A DNA stretch of 61,677 nucleotides, the filler included. It is 5 parts of 5 records of this genome, joined end to end, with 100 filler letters (N's around TTAATTAATTAA, not from the genome) between each part and the next. Parts side by side here need not be neighbours in the genome. Positions count along the whole stretch, not along the records: positions 17,485 to 27,624 come from SRR20825019_2619; positions 27,725 to 36,959 come from SRR20825019_2626; 3 more parts are not named here. One strand, 5' to 3'. The position numbers and the translations under genes were made by a program. The notes beneath the pieces were generated by a model. That model searched no databases. It was not told the DNA's origin and saw nothing but the letters and a program-made list of their open reading frames with translations. Below are positions 23,891-34,264 of this stretch, piece after piece (positions within the stretch are counted from its first letter, which is position 1; each line of letters begins with the position of its first letter).

Positions 23891-26800
23891 TCATGCTTCC
23901 TGCGGTCGCACTGAGCCCAGCACCATGCCATTTCGAATATAAGATGATATCAGATCCACACTATCATACACATCCGCGTGACGGCATGGGTCTAACCACA
24001 CCTCGCAATTCGAGTCCCCCTCGGCGAAATCACACTCACCCATCCCATGTTTCTGTAATGGCGCATCCAAGAACACGGTTGGAAATGGTCTATCCACACC
24101 ACGGCAGGGATGGGCTGTGCCGCGCCCTGGTAGTCTAGCCTTGGAATCCCGCCGGACCTTGAGCACTTGACTGAACGAGCTCCCCATCGACACGGCAGCA
24201 AGATCGCTATGCATAGCAACCTCGAAATCGACTGCGCCCCGCATGATCAACGGCATCTCTTCCATTTCGTCCCAAGTGTTCAAGTCCTCCCTGCGATATA
24301 CCAAGCTTCTATTAGTGAAGTTGTATTAAAATACGCAATAGCCCTTACTTAAATACGACTTGCAGACCAGCAGCCCGTAGCGGGGACGCGAATGTATTCG
24401 CCAGGTCTTGATAGATCCGCCCGGTTGCCACATACACCACTGGTGAGCATATCCTCTTCTCCCCGTCCCCTTCTTCCTCCACCTCCCTTTCGCAGGACCG
24501 ATACACACTGTCAAGGACATATGTCGCGGCCGCCTCAAGATTCAAGCTTATCCCACCTGTAGCCACAAACTTTTGGACCTCTAGCTGAATGTCTGTTCGG
24601 ATGTGTGCAACCACTAGTCCTCCCCCAGCAGCCCTTCCCCTCAATTCGGCCTCGATCCGTTCCGCCATGCTCCGTATCTCAGGGGAGAACGCTAGTGCTG
24701 ACCGGGCAACAGTCATGTTGTGGGACCCCTCTGCGCTGTTCAACGGGGCGGCATACCCCCACAATAAAGAATCGAAATACAGATCCTTGGGAGGCCACAT
24801 GGACAGCAAGTACGGGATATTGCCAGCGTGTAGGGAGTGATGAGGGAGAGAAAACCGATGTGGACGGCATAAAATCCCACCATGATCCTCGCCGCATCCA
24901 CATAGCACCTCCGTATGCTTCCCCAGCGTCGACTGATAGAATTCTGGCATCGGGAAACCACTGATCCTGGTGCGGTTGGGATACATTCGTTCCTCCCGCT
25001 CCTCATTGATAGACACTCGATAGCCATCCTCCACATCGACAATGCCGATTGCGATATTCGCTATTAGCCCTTCACCATAGCTATACATTTGGTAGTATTG
25101 GCGTTCCATGCCGTGCCAAAGGTCAAACGTGCTGCCAAGCCTTGATTAGTTATCAGTCTACCCTCTTACACGTCATAGACTTACTACATGTCAGCGGTCG
25201 GAGAGCGAAAGATTGACTGGGCGCCCCGCTTGTCTACCTGCCAGATTAGATATAAGATGCATGCGCAGAGCAGTTAGGGGGAAGGGGATCCATGGGAGAT
25301 GTGGCTGCGGTTGAATATTCGTGGAAGTGGCCAGTAGTCACGGGGGCAGCATACCTGTTTGCCTTGGAGAGGCTGGCTTGGCACAACGCATTGGGCCACT
25401 TGCACACGCTCCCTGTACCGGTCAGTCCACTGTGGAGGCCGGGTCAGAGATTGTACAAGCACAAGCACTTGGGGCCATTCCGTACCTCCGATTTGCTACA
25501 ATCATCCAGCACTATGACTCCCGCCAATGCCATCATCCTCACCACTTGCTGAATATCGAACAGCCTGGAAAACCGCATGCCCGCCTGGACGGAGGGGTCG
25601 GTCGGGGTGGCACCCTCTACGGTCAGTTCCGGTGTGGACGGGGGGAGGTGGCACGGGAGTACGACCGGGACACCCAAGGCAGCACCGATGGCGAGGGCGG
25701 CAATGGTTTGCATCACTACATTGTTGAGCCCCCCGGTCGCCAAGTAGCTAATGGTGTGGTGAGAGGCTCCAGGGATAATTCGCCGGGCGGGCGACGGGAT
25801 GAACGCCGCCACACACACGTCCCCAACACATTCCATCGACTCCTCGCCCACATTGGCGCTAGCCAATGCCTTGGTGACGGTAACACGGTGACTGGGATGG
25901 GCCAGGATCAGACGCGGACCATGTGCTGGGGGAGACGATAGCAGATGGTCGAGGCATCCTGCTATCTCGGGTTCACTGGCCCCTGCACCAAGGTGGACCG
26001 CCACGGGGCCGTAATGGTCGCACTTGCACAGCCCGCAAGGCCCTTGTCCCATACTCAACGAGCGATGGAGCCCCCCTCCAGTAGTATACATTGCGTACCC
26101 ATGAACTACCTCCCAGAATCGATCAGGCGCGCCGATGCCCCCCGCAGCACAGCATGCCGAACGCACACGGCGTTGAGACTTGGGCTTTGTGTCAAGTCGT
26201 GCCAACCTCTGAAGGCCCATGCGAACCACGAGTCCACTAGGCCCTAGCAAGTCTGCGATTCGGGACTCAAAATACTCAAGGAATGTGGTGTACTCGGTCG
26301 GATGGCGGACGGCTGGCATCGAGGCGTGACCACTTCGTGGGGGCAGCGCAACGCCGGGAGGCCACATCCCTTCCGCTTCCATCACAGCCAAAAGTGCACC
26401 ACGCACACCTCGGCTCGGCGGCGGGTCGCCACACTGCTGCGGGGATATGTGGATCCGTTGCGACGCCAACAGTGCAGAAAACAGCACGTCGTCATCAAGG
26501 CGAGCGTAAGAGGGGTATGAATAGATAAACGATTGAGCATGGCTTATCGGCAGGTCCCCTTGATAAAACGCCACACCTTGCTCTATGCCAAGCCATCTGC
26601 AAACATCAGAGTGCGGGGAGGTCTGATAACCTTGATACCCAACTGCACTACCCCGGCCAACCAAACGCAACGCCGACACCAGCCCCGACACAACGGAAGC
26701 ATCCTGAAGGCGGTCCCAGCTCACTATCACCACAATAGCACTGGGATCATCCGAAAACGCTAATGTGGATAGGAGCACCCCGAGTCCGTACGTTGCCGGG

Positions 26801-27306
26801 TCCGATTCGAGGATGGCAACCCCAGGATACCGTGATCTCAGAGGGGTTAGTTGCTCTTCGACAGCCCTGTGGTATAGGTGGTAAGAGCGAGATGTAGAAA
26901 ATGAAGATAAGTTGGCAGGGGAAAGGAGTCAGGGAGGGGTGATGGCAGTAGTGGGGGGGGTGTTGGGGCGAAGGAGTGGCATGGGGTCACAGGTAAGAGG
27001 AAAGGCTGGACCATAGATAACAAGCGTTGGCAACTAGAGAACATTCTTTGAGTTGTTCGGCATAGTTGCGGTAGGAAAGCGTAATAAACATGTTCACCTC
27101 AGGGCTACTTCGGGGAGTGCCACCACTACGTTATCCGGCTGCATGGTCTGCCCTTCAACTGCCCACGCAACCGCTTTGAGAAGATCCCCTCGTTGAGTCG
27201 GCCCCAGCCAAATACCGAGCAAGACTCTTGGCGTTTCCTCTCCTCCACCACAGACCAAGCCGCATATCACTAGGGCCGCCAGCATCAGCAACGAAGCGCG
27301 CTGCAT
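23891..27306 (-). CDS. Secretory-pathway glycosyltransferase with a degenerate GT-A-like N-terminal domain and a C-terminal GDP-fucose O-fucosyltransferase-like domain (5 introns)
   Basis: Signal/anchor MQRASLLMLAALVICGLVC. O-FucT-like motifs GGLNN..., FSRLFD, LAFSPEIRSMAE, VVAHIRTD, VYVATG, AVDFEVAMHSD...SSFS. GT-AG introns join ORFs 27094-27306, 25444-26778, 25274-25468, a small exon, 24345-25109 and 23891-24304. Confidence 0.7.
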
Positions 27307-27624
27307 GCCGGTGCTAACCTCCCAAAAGGCGTTCCCTGTCTCTAGAAGCGAGAAAACAATTTATCTATTGATTATAATTTATCCTAGGCAAACCGTACCG
27401 GACGGGTGAGTCCGGGGGGGCTGGCGGGCCGCCGGCACTCCCGCAGCCCGAGCCTGGCTGAACGGAACGCTGAGGGACCTGAGCCGGTTACCTCCGGACC
27501 GGGAGCACGCACGAACAACTCGTCCCCGCCCCCCGGGCATTGGCCCCCGGCCCCGCCGAACCTGGGCGGCCAGTCTTGGCGGGTATCCACGGTTGCCGGT
27601 TGGTTGGTTGTTTATTCTTTCGAT

Positions 27625-27724
27625 NNNNNNNNNNNNNNNNNNNNNNNNNNNNNNNNNNNNNNNNNNNNTTAATTAATTAANNNNNNNNNNNNNNNNNNNN
27701 NNNNNNNNNNNNNNNNNNNNNNNN
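27625..27724. other. Artificial contig spacer (eukaryote to bacterium switch)
   Basis: 44 N + TTAATTAATTAA + 44 N. Confidence 0.98.
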
Positions 27725-27875
27725 GGCCGCCCCACGGCACGGCGATTTGGTTGCCGTTGCACGGAACAGATGGGTGGGATGTGTTTGGCTGCCATTAAGT
27801 GGCAGACACTGAGGTTGGATCGCCGTACCTCGGCCCGTCGATGCGCGGCTTCGGGCTCCGTTTTCAGCGTAAACC

Positions 27876-28229
27876 TCAACTCCCCCGATACGTCGAATAC
27901 CCGAACGGCGAAAGCAGCAGCGGCACGTGATAATGCATCGCTTCCGACATCCCGAACCGCAGCGGGATCACGTCCAGAAAGCGCGGCGCTTCGGGTGGAA
28001 CACCGCAGGCATCCAGATAATCGCCCGCGTGAAACACCAGCTCGTAGGTGCCGACCTGAAACTTCGCCTCGGGCAAAATCTGCGCATCCGTGCGCCCGTC
28101 CGCATTCGTCTCAACCGTTCTCAGATGCGTCCGCCCCCCATCCTCGACCCGAAACAGCTCAATCCGCAGCCCCGCCGCGGGACACCCCCGCGCCGTGTCC
28201 AGAACATGGGTTGTCAAATATCCGGCCAT
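27876..28229 (-). CDS. uraH: 5-hydroxyisourate hydrolase (transthyretin-like)
   Basis: MAGYLTTHVLDTARGCPAAG..., TNADGR, HYHVPLLLSPFGYSTYRGS (YRGS signature); GAGGAGG RBS before ATG 28229. Confidence 0.95.
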   Translation of the reverse strand: MAGYLTTHVLDTARGCPAAGLRIELFRVEDGGRTHLRTVETNADGRTDAQILPEAKFQVGTYELVFHAGDYLDACGVPPEAPRFLDVIPLRFGMSEAMHYHVPLLLSPFGYSTYRGS

Positions 28230-28382
28230 CGCATTTCCTCCTCGGTGATCCGCTGGCATATAGACAGAGCGCAGCACCCCCGGCAAAGCATCGCGCACAA
28301 GAGGCTGCTTCTGATATTTTTTGATAATCCCCCCGATTGTTTTGGATTACAGGGGGTGTAGACCCGATCAAAGGAGACCACC

Positions 28383-29795
28383 ATGAACCGCTACCCCCGT
28401 GACATGACCGGCCATGGTGCCACCCCGCCCGCAGCCAACTGGCCCGATGGCGCAAAGATCGCCGTTCAGATCGTGCTGAACTACGAAGAGGGCGGCGAGA
28501 ACAACATCCTGCACGGCGATGCCGCGTCCGAGGCATTCCTGTCCGAAATCACCGGCGCGCAGCCTTGGGTCGGGCAACGGCACTGGAACATGGAAACCAT
28601 CTATGAATACGGATCACGCGTCGGCTTCTGGCGTCTGCACCGCATGATGGCCGACCTGCCCGTCACCGTCTACGGCGTGGCCACCGCGCTGGCCCGTGCG
28701 CCCGAACAGGTCAAGGCGATGCAGACCGCAGGCTGGGAGATCGCCAGCCACGGTCTGAAATGGGTCGAACACAAGGACATGCCCGAGGACGAGGAACGCG
28801 CCGCAATCGCCGAGGCCATCCGCCTGCACACCGAGGTGACCGGCACCCCGCCGCGCGGTTGGTACACGGGGCGGTGTTCGATGAACACCAACCGTCTGGC
28901 CGCCGAGACGGGGCAGTTTGCCTATCTGGCCGACACCTATTCCGACGAGCTGCCCTATTGGGAACGTTTTGACGGGCGCGATCAGTTGATGGTGCCCTAT
29001 ACGATGGACTGCAACGACATGCGCTTTGGCATTCAGGCGGGCTTTACCAACGGGGCGCAGTTCGAAAGCTATCTGATGGACAGTTTCGACATGCTCTATG
29101 CCGAAGGACAGGCGGGGGCGCCCAAGATGCTGTCGATCGGCCTGCACTGCCGCATCGCGGGCCGTCCGGGGCGGGCCGCCGGGCTGAAACGGGCGCTGGA
29201 CTATATGAAGTCGCACGAGGGCGTCTGGTTCGCCAGCCGTCTGGAGATCGCCGAACATTGGGCGCGCACCCACCCTGCCCCCACGGCACCGCGCCCGTCG
29301 GACATGGACCGCGATACATTTGTGCAGGCCTTCGGTGGCGTCTTTGAACACAGCCCCTGGATCGCCGAAGGCGCGCACGCGCTGGAGCTGGGCCGCACCC
29401 ACGACACCGCGCAGGGCATCCATCAGGCGCTGGCGCGGGTGTTCCGCACTGCGTCGGACGAACAACGTCTGGCCGTGCTGACCGCCCACCCCGATCTGGC
29501 CGGCAAGCTGGCGGCGGCGAAACGTCTGACCGCCGAGTCGACCGCCGAGCAAGCCTCGGTCGGCCTTGACGCGCTGACCGACGACGAACGCGCGAAATTC
29601 ACCGAACTGAACGACGCCTACACTGCCAAGTTCGGCTTTCCCTTCATCATCGCCGTGCGCGACAACACCAAGGCGTCGATCATGGAAGCCTTCGCGCGCC
29701 GCATCGACAACGACCGCAACACCGAGTTTGCCGAGGCCTGCGCACAGGTCGAACGCATCGCGGAACTGCGCCTGATCGAGAAGTTCGGCGCATGA
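28383..29795 (+). CDS. puuE: Allantoinase PuuE (polysaccharide-deacetylase fold) fused to OHCU decarboxylase UraD
   Basis: N-terminal VLNYEEGGE, YEYGSRVGFWR, EIASHGLKW, GLHCR; C-terminal FEHSPWIAE, AHPDLAG, STAEQASVGL, KFGFPFIIAVR; GGAG RBS. Confidence 0.95.
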   Translation: MNRYPRDMTGHGATPPAANWPDGAKIAVQIVLNYEEGGENNILHGDAASEAFLSEITGAQPWVGQRHWNMETIYEYGSRVGFWRLHRMMADLPVTVYGVATALARAPEQVKAMQTAGWEIASHGLKWVEHKDMPEDEERAAIAEAIRLHTEVTGTPPRGWYTGRCSMNTNRLAAETGQFAYLADTYSDELPYWERFDGRDQLMVPYTMDCNDMRFGIQAGFTNGAQFESYLMDSFDMLYAEGQAGAPKMLSIGLHCRIAGRPGRAAGLKRALDYMKSHEGVWFASRLEIAEHWARTHPAPTAPRPSDMDRDTFVQAFGGVFEHSPWIAEGAHALELGRTHDTAQGIHQALARVFRTASDEQRLAVLTAHPDLAGKLAAAKRLTAESTAEQASVGLDALTDDERAKFTELNDAYTAKFGFPFIIAVRDNTKASIMEAFARRIDNDRNTEFAEACAQVERIAELRLIEKFGA

Positions 29796-30280
29796 CCCAG
29801 ACGCTGACACTCAGCGCCCTGACGCCCGAAGCATTTGCCCCCTTCGGCGATGTTCTGGATGTCACGGGCACGCCGGACAAGATCATCAACCAGGGCCTGT
29901 GCGGCCGCCATCACGACCGCGCCAAGCTGGACTTCGGCGACGGGCGCGCGGGCATCAGCCTGTTCAACGCCGAACCGCGCCAGTTTCCGATCACGCTGGA
30001 CATGGTCGAACGTCACCCCGAGGGGTCTCAGGCCTTTATCCCGATGAGCCTGCATCCCTTCGTCGTGGTGGTCGCCCCCGACGAGAACGGCAAACCCGGA
30101 GCCCCCCGCGCGTTCGTGACCGAGGCAGGACAGGCGATCAACCTGCATCGCGGCACATGGCACGGCGTCCTGACCCCGATCCACGCACCGGGGCTGTTCG
30201 CCGTGGTCGACCGCATCGGAGATGGTGCGAACCTCGAGGAACATTGGTTCGAGACGGCTTACCAGATTGTCGAAGGATAA
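29792..30280 (+). CDS. allA: Ureidoglycolate lyase
   Basis: LTPEAFAPFGDV, ERHPEGSQAFIP, GTWHGVL motifs; ATGA overlap with puuE. Confidence 0.92.
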   Translation: MTQTLTLSALTPEAFAPFGDVLDVTGTPDKIINQGLCGRHHDRAKLDFGDGRAGISLFNAEPRQFPITLDMVERHPEGSQAFIPMSLHPFVVVVAPDENGKPGAPRAFVTEAGQAINLHRGTWHGVLTPIHAPGLFAVVDRIGDGANLEEHWFETAYQIVEG

Positions 30281-30352
30281 AGGGCGGCACGCGCTGCCGT
30301 TGCATGACGGGCCAGCCGCACCAACGTCTCGACAAGACGCCGCTTTTCGACA

Positions 30353-30383
30353 CGGCCCCGACAATCCCTGATCGTCGGGGCCG
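30353..30383. terminator. GC-rich hairpin between convergent allA and AhpD-like gene
   Basis: CGGCCCCGAC...GTCGGGGCCG perfect 10-bp stem; no classic U tail. Confidence 0.5.
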
Positions 30384-30389
30384 CAAAAT

Positions 30390-30953
30390 TTACCGGTCCG
30401 CCTTTGGCACCCACGCGAACTTTTGCATCGGCGCATCGACGGGCGTGTTCGCGATGTGGTTGGTGTAATTGCTCATCACCTTCTGGGCCAGGCCGAGGAT
30501 GACCTCCAGCACATGGCGCTGCGTGTAACCCGCATCATAAAACGCCTGAAGCGTCGCGTCATCGACGTGGCCCCGTTCGCGCACCATAGCGAGCGTAAAG
30601 GTGCGCAGCGCTTCCAGCTTGGGCGTCGGCAGCGGTGTTTCGTCCCGCAGCGCGTCGGAAATCTCGTCGCTGACTTTCATCATCTTCGCGATACCGGTGT
30701 GGCCGGGCACGCAATAATGGCACCGATGTTCCACATTGATTGTCTGCCACACGACGGTTTTTTCATCGGCATCGAATACAGTCTCTTCAGCGAACAGGCG
30801 GTGCAGTGTCTGATAGCCTTCGAGCGCGGCAGGCGATCCGGCCAGAACACCGTGCAACCCCGGCAGACGGCCAAAAGCCTTCTTGGATTTCTCGATCAGC
30901 GGAAGGGATTTCTCGGGGGCGTTTGTTTCGTCAAGGCGGTCTAGTGTGGACAT
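30390..30953 (-). CDS. Carboxymuconolactone decarboxylase / AhpD-like alkylhydroperoxidase family protein
   Basis: INVEHRCHYCVPGH (CxxC...H), KVMSNYTNH; start MSTLDRLDE with AAGGAG RBS. Confidence 0.88.
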   Translation of the reverse strand: MSTLDRLDETNAPEKSLPLIEKSKKAFGRLPGLHGVLAGSPAALEGYQTLHRLFAEETVFDADEKTVVWQTINVEHRCHYCVPGHTGIAKMMKVSDEISDALRDETPLPTPKLEALRTFTLAMVRERGHVDDATLQAFYDAGYTQRHVLEVILGLAQKVMSNYTNHIANTPVDAPMQKFAWVPKADR

Positions 30954-31005
30954 CTGAGTCTCCTTTGCGGTCGCATTTCGCGACGGTACCAAAGGCACTT
31001 TGCAA

Positions 31006-31050
31006 TTTTTGAGCGATCGCTCAAGTAATAAAAGAGTGATCGCTCAAAAA
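31006..31050. promoter_or_regulatory. Tandem palindromic operator, probably bound by the adjacent TetR
   Basis: Perfect 16-bp palindrome TTGAGCGATCGCTCAA (31009-31024) and near copy AAGAGTGATCGCTCAA (31032-31047) in the AT-rich divergent gap. Confidence 0.75.
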
Positions 31051-31108
31051 TGGATAAAACCTCGATTTCGGACTGTCTGATCCGCGATACAGGGTGTATT
31101 AAAAGGCT

Positions 31109-31708
31109 ATGGCCCGATTACCGTCATATGATCGCGATGCAGCACTTGATGCTGCGATGTCCCTATTCTGGGTCAAAGGGTATACTGCGACATCGCTCAA
31201 AGACCTCGAGCACGCTTTGAAGATGCGGCCCGGTTCGATCTACGCGGCCTTCCAGAGCAAGGAGGAGTTGTTTCGCGCAACACTTGATCTGTACGCCGGA
31301 CGGATGGAGGCCGAACTGGCCCAAATGATTTCCGATGCGCCCTCCCCCCTGACGGCGTTGCGGGGCTATTTGCTGTCGCTGGGCGGGCTTGATTGCCGCG
31401 ACAAGCCATCGACCGCCTGCATGCTGGTCAAATCCCTGCTGGAAATCCAGAGCGATCACCCGGAGTTGCGGGGCATCGTTGTGGATCATCTGAATACCGT
31501 CCAGAGACTGCTGGAAGACGGGTTCTCAAAGGCCCGGAGCGCGGGTGAAATACCCGCAGACGCAGACCCCGCCCGTCTGGCACGGCGGATGCAGACCTAT
31601 GTTTTCGGCCTGAAAATCCAGGCCCAGCGGAAACCCGATCCGAACGACATGCAACAGCTGGCGCGGGATCTGGCGGACGAGATCACGGGCCTGCGTCGCG
31701 TCAACTGA
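31109..31708 (+). CDS. TetR/AcrR family transcriptional regulator (NemR/ComR-like)
   Basis: LDAAMSLFWVKGYTATSLKDLEHALKMRPGSIYAAFQSKEELF HTH; ACMLVK motif. Confidence 0.92.
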   Translation: MARLPSYDRDAALDAAMSLFWVKGYTATSLKDLEHALKMRPGSIYAAFQSKEELFRATLDLYAGRMEAELAQMISDAPSPLTALRGYLLSLGGLDCRDKPSTACMLVKSLLEIQSDHPELRGIVVDHLNTVQRLLEDGFSKARSAGEIPADADPARLARRMQTYVFGLKIQAQRKPDPNDMQQLARDLADEITGLRRVN

Positions 31709-31733
31709 ACGCCACCAAAGCCATCTCTCGCCG

Positions 31734-32558
31734 CTACCCCCGCCCCAGCATGTTCACCGCCTGCATCAGCGACGGGCGCATGGCGCGGACGAAATCCTCT
31801 TCGGGCCAGTCTGCCAGCATCGCCGTGATCGTGACGGCCCCGATCGGCACGCCTTGGGCGTTGACGATGGCGGCACCGATGGCAATTTCGCCCGGCATCA
31901 ACTGTTCCAGCGCCACGGCATAGCCTTGTTGTTTCACCTGCCGCGTCTTTTCCAAAATCGCATCTGGGTCGGTCAGCGTATGTTCGGTGAACTTCATCCG
32001 GTCGGACCGCGCCAGAACATCGCGCGCGGCGCCCTCGTCCATCTGCGACAGCACGGACCAGCCGGTTGACGTGCAATACATCGGCACGCTGTGCCCCAGC
32101 ATCATCGCGTGCAGCGTGTCCCGCTTGGGCTGGAACCGCGTCGCATAGATCAGCCGCACATCGTCGATCAACGACAGGTCCACCCGTTCGCCCACCGTGT
32201 CGCGCAGCTGCAACAACACCGGAATGGCGCGCTGGATCAGGCCGTTCAGGCGCATGGTGTCAAAGATATGGTCGTACAGACGAATGCCCGGCAAATAGCC
32301 CGTGTCGCGGTCGTCGCGCTGGATATACCCCAGCTTGCGCAGCGTGTGGATGATCCGTTGCGTGGTGCTGCGGTCCAGCCCTGCGGCCTTGGACATATCG
32401 GTCAGGCTCAGCGGGCCTTGTGCCCCGTGAAAGGCCGACAGCACCTGCATGGTGCGCGCCGCCGCGCGGACGAACAACGCGTCGCTGCCCCCCGCTTCGG
32501 TGTCGTTGACAGCAGCCGGATAGGAACCATTCCAGGCGTGGATCGTCTCGTTCGTCAT
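31734..32558 (-). CDS. IclR family transcriptional regulator
   Basis: LSLTDMSKAAGLDRSTTQRIIHTL HTH; PMYCTSTG; GYAVALEQLMPGEIAIGA. Confidence 0.92.
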   Translation of the reverse strand: MTNETIHAWNGSYPAAVNDTEAGGSDALFVRAAARTMQVLSAFHGAQGPLSLTDMSKAAGLDRSTTQRIIHTLRKLGYIQRDDRDTGYLPGIRLYDHIFDTMRLNGLIQRAIPVLLQLRDTVGERVDLSLIDDVRLIYATRFQPKRDTLHAMMLGHSVPMYCTSTGWSVLSQMDEGAARDVLARSDRMKFTEHTLTDPDAILEKTRQVKQQGYAVALEQLMPGEIAIGAAIVNAQGVPIGAVTITAMLADWPEEDFVRAMRPSLMQAVNMLGRG

Positions 32559-32808
32559 TCTCACCCTCTCTTGCGTGGCATCCGGCCGCTATATCACGTC
32601 GGTCGCAACGCCCGCCCGACATTTCTGCCCCGATGCGCCCCTGCGGGTGGCATGTGTGGCACCAGATCACGCAAACCGCCGCATTTTGCCTGAAATTTCC
32701 TGAATAGGCTTGTCGGATTGATATGCCTATGTCAACAATTGATACAGTTGCATCGAAAATAGCCTGCGGCACCCGCCCTGCCCATCGGCAAAAACAAGGA
32801 CCCAAGGA

Positions 32809-34215
32809 ATGACCAGCACGTCATTGCACGAACTGACCGCGACCCAACTGATTGCGCTTTATAAATCCGGCAAGGCCACGCCCGTCGACGCGACCCGCGA
32901 CGTGATCGCCCAGATCGCCCGCCGCGAGCCCGAGCTGCAAGCGACCTATGCCTATGACCCCGAAGGCGCGTTGAAGACCGCCGAGGAATCGGCCGCCCGC
33001 TGGAAAAACGGCGAACAGATCACCCAAGACGGCGTGACCATCGACGGCATCCCGACCACCATCAAGGAAAACATCGCGACCAAGGGCACGCCTGTCCCCT
33101 TTGGCACCGCCGCCACGCCGCTGGTTCCCGCCGAACAGGACGCGCCGCCCTCGGCCCGCCTGCGCGAAGCGGGGGCTGTCATCCTGGGCAAGACCACGAT
33201 GCCCGAGTTCGGCGCAATGTCTTCGGGCCTGTCCAGCATCCACCCGCTGACGCGCAACCCGTGGAACCTGAAAATGAACCCCGGCGGCTCCAGCGCAGGA
33301 GCCGGTGCGGCAGGGGCCGCAGGCTATGGCCCGCTGCACGTCGGCACCGACATCGGCGGCTCGATCCGCTTTCCCGCAGGCTGGAACGGGCTGGTCGGTC
33401 TGAAACCCAGCCTGGGCCGCGTCCAGATCGACCCGCCGTTCATGGGCCGCTGTGCCGGTCCGATGACCCGCACCGTTGACGATGCCGCGCTGATGATGGC
33501 CGTCCTGTCGCGCCCCGACCCGGATCAACGCGACTGGATGAACCTGCCGCCCGCCGACATCAACTGGACCGATCTGGACATGGACCTGACCGGCGTCAAA
33601 ATCGGCCTGCAACTGGATGCCGGTTGTGGCATGCCCATCGACCCGCAGGTGATCCCCCCGGTTCTGGAAGCCGCCAAGGCGTTCGAGGCCGCAGGCGCCA
33701 TCATCGAAGAAGTCGCCCCCTGGATGACCGACGAGATCCTTCAAGGGCTGAACCGCTTCTGGAGCATCCGCGCCGCCAAGGACATCGCCGACCTGCCGCC
33801 GGGCCACCGTGAAAAGATCCTGCCGATTTTCCTCGAGTGGGTCGAACCGGTGCCGGGCTTTACCGCTCTCGAAGGCTACCGCGCCTTCCAGGCCACGGTC
33901 GACATCCGCAAGCTGACCGTCGCCGCCACCAAACCCTACGACTTCATGCTGTCGCCGCTGTCGGCGCACATCAGCTTTCCGGCGGAATGGGGCTATGCCA
34001 ACAACGACGTGACCCGCGCCCACGACCAGATCGGCTTTACCGTCCCCTATAACATGAGCGAACAGCCCGCCGTATCGCTGTGCTGTGGCTACGACACCAA
34101 CGGCGTGCCGATGGGCCTGCAAATCGCAGGGCACCGGTTTGACGATCTGGGCGTGCTGCGGATGGCCAAAGCCTATGAACAGATGCGCCCCGCCATGCGC
34201 CCCTGGCCGATGTAA
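32809..34215 (+). CDS. Amidase signature family enzyme
   Basis: Lys-cisSer-Ser triad: TIKEN, PGGSSAG, GTDIGGSIR; AAGGA RBS. Confidence 0.93.
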   Translation: MTSTSLHELTATQLIALYKSGKATPVDATRDVIAQIARREPELQATYAYDPEGALKTAEESAARWKNGEQITQDGVTIDGIPTTIKENIATKGTPVPFGTAATPLVPAEQDAPPSARLREAGAVILGKTTMPEFGAMSSGLSSIHPLTRNPWNLKMNPGGSSAGAGAAGAAGYGPLHVGTDIGGSIRFPAGWNGLVGLKPSLGRVQIDPPFMGRCAGPMTRTVDDAALMMAVLSRPDPDQRDWMNLPPADINWTDLDMDLTGVKIGLQLDAGCGMPIDPQVIPPVLEAAKAFEAAGAIIEEVAPWMTDEILQGLNRFWSIRAAKDIADLPPGHREKILPIFLEWVEPVPGFTALEGYRAFQATVDIRKLTVAATKPYDFMLSPLSAHISFPAEWGYANNDVTRAHDQIGFTVPYNMSEQPAVSLCCGYDTNGVPMGLQIAGHRFDDLGVLRMAKAYEQMRPAMRPWPM

Positions 34216-34230
34216 GACGGCAAAAGACCC

Positions 34231-34256
34231 AAGGCCCGGCATCACCGTCGGGCCTT
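34231..34256. terminator. Hairpin between the two convergent amidases
   Basis: AAGGCCCG...CGGGCCTT stem in a 49-bp gap. Confidence 0.55.
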
Positions 34257-34264
34257 AGTCACGA

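Noticed and set aside
32739-32756. Imperfect palindrome TTGATACAGTTGCATCGA as the IclR operator
   Set aside because: Position is plausible but symmetry is only 12 of 18; not supportable without comparative data.
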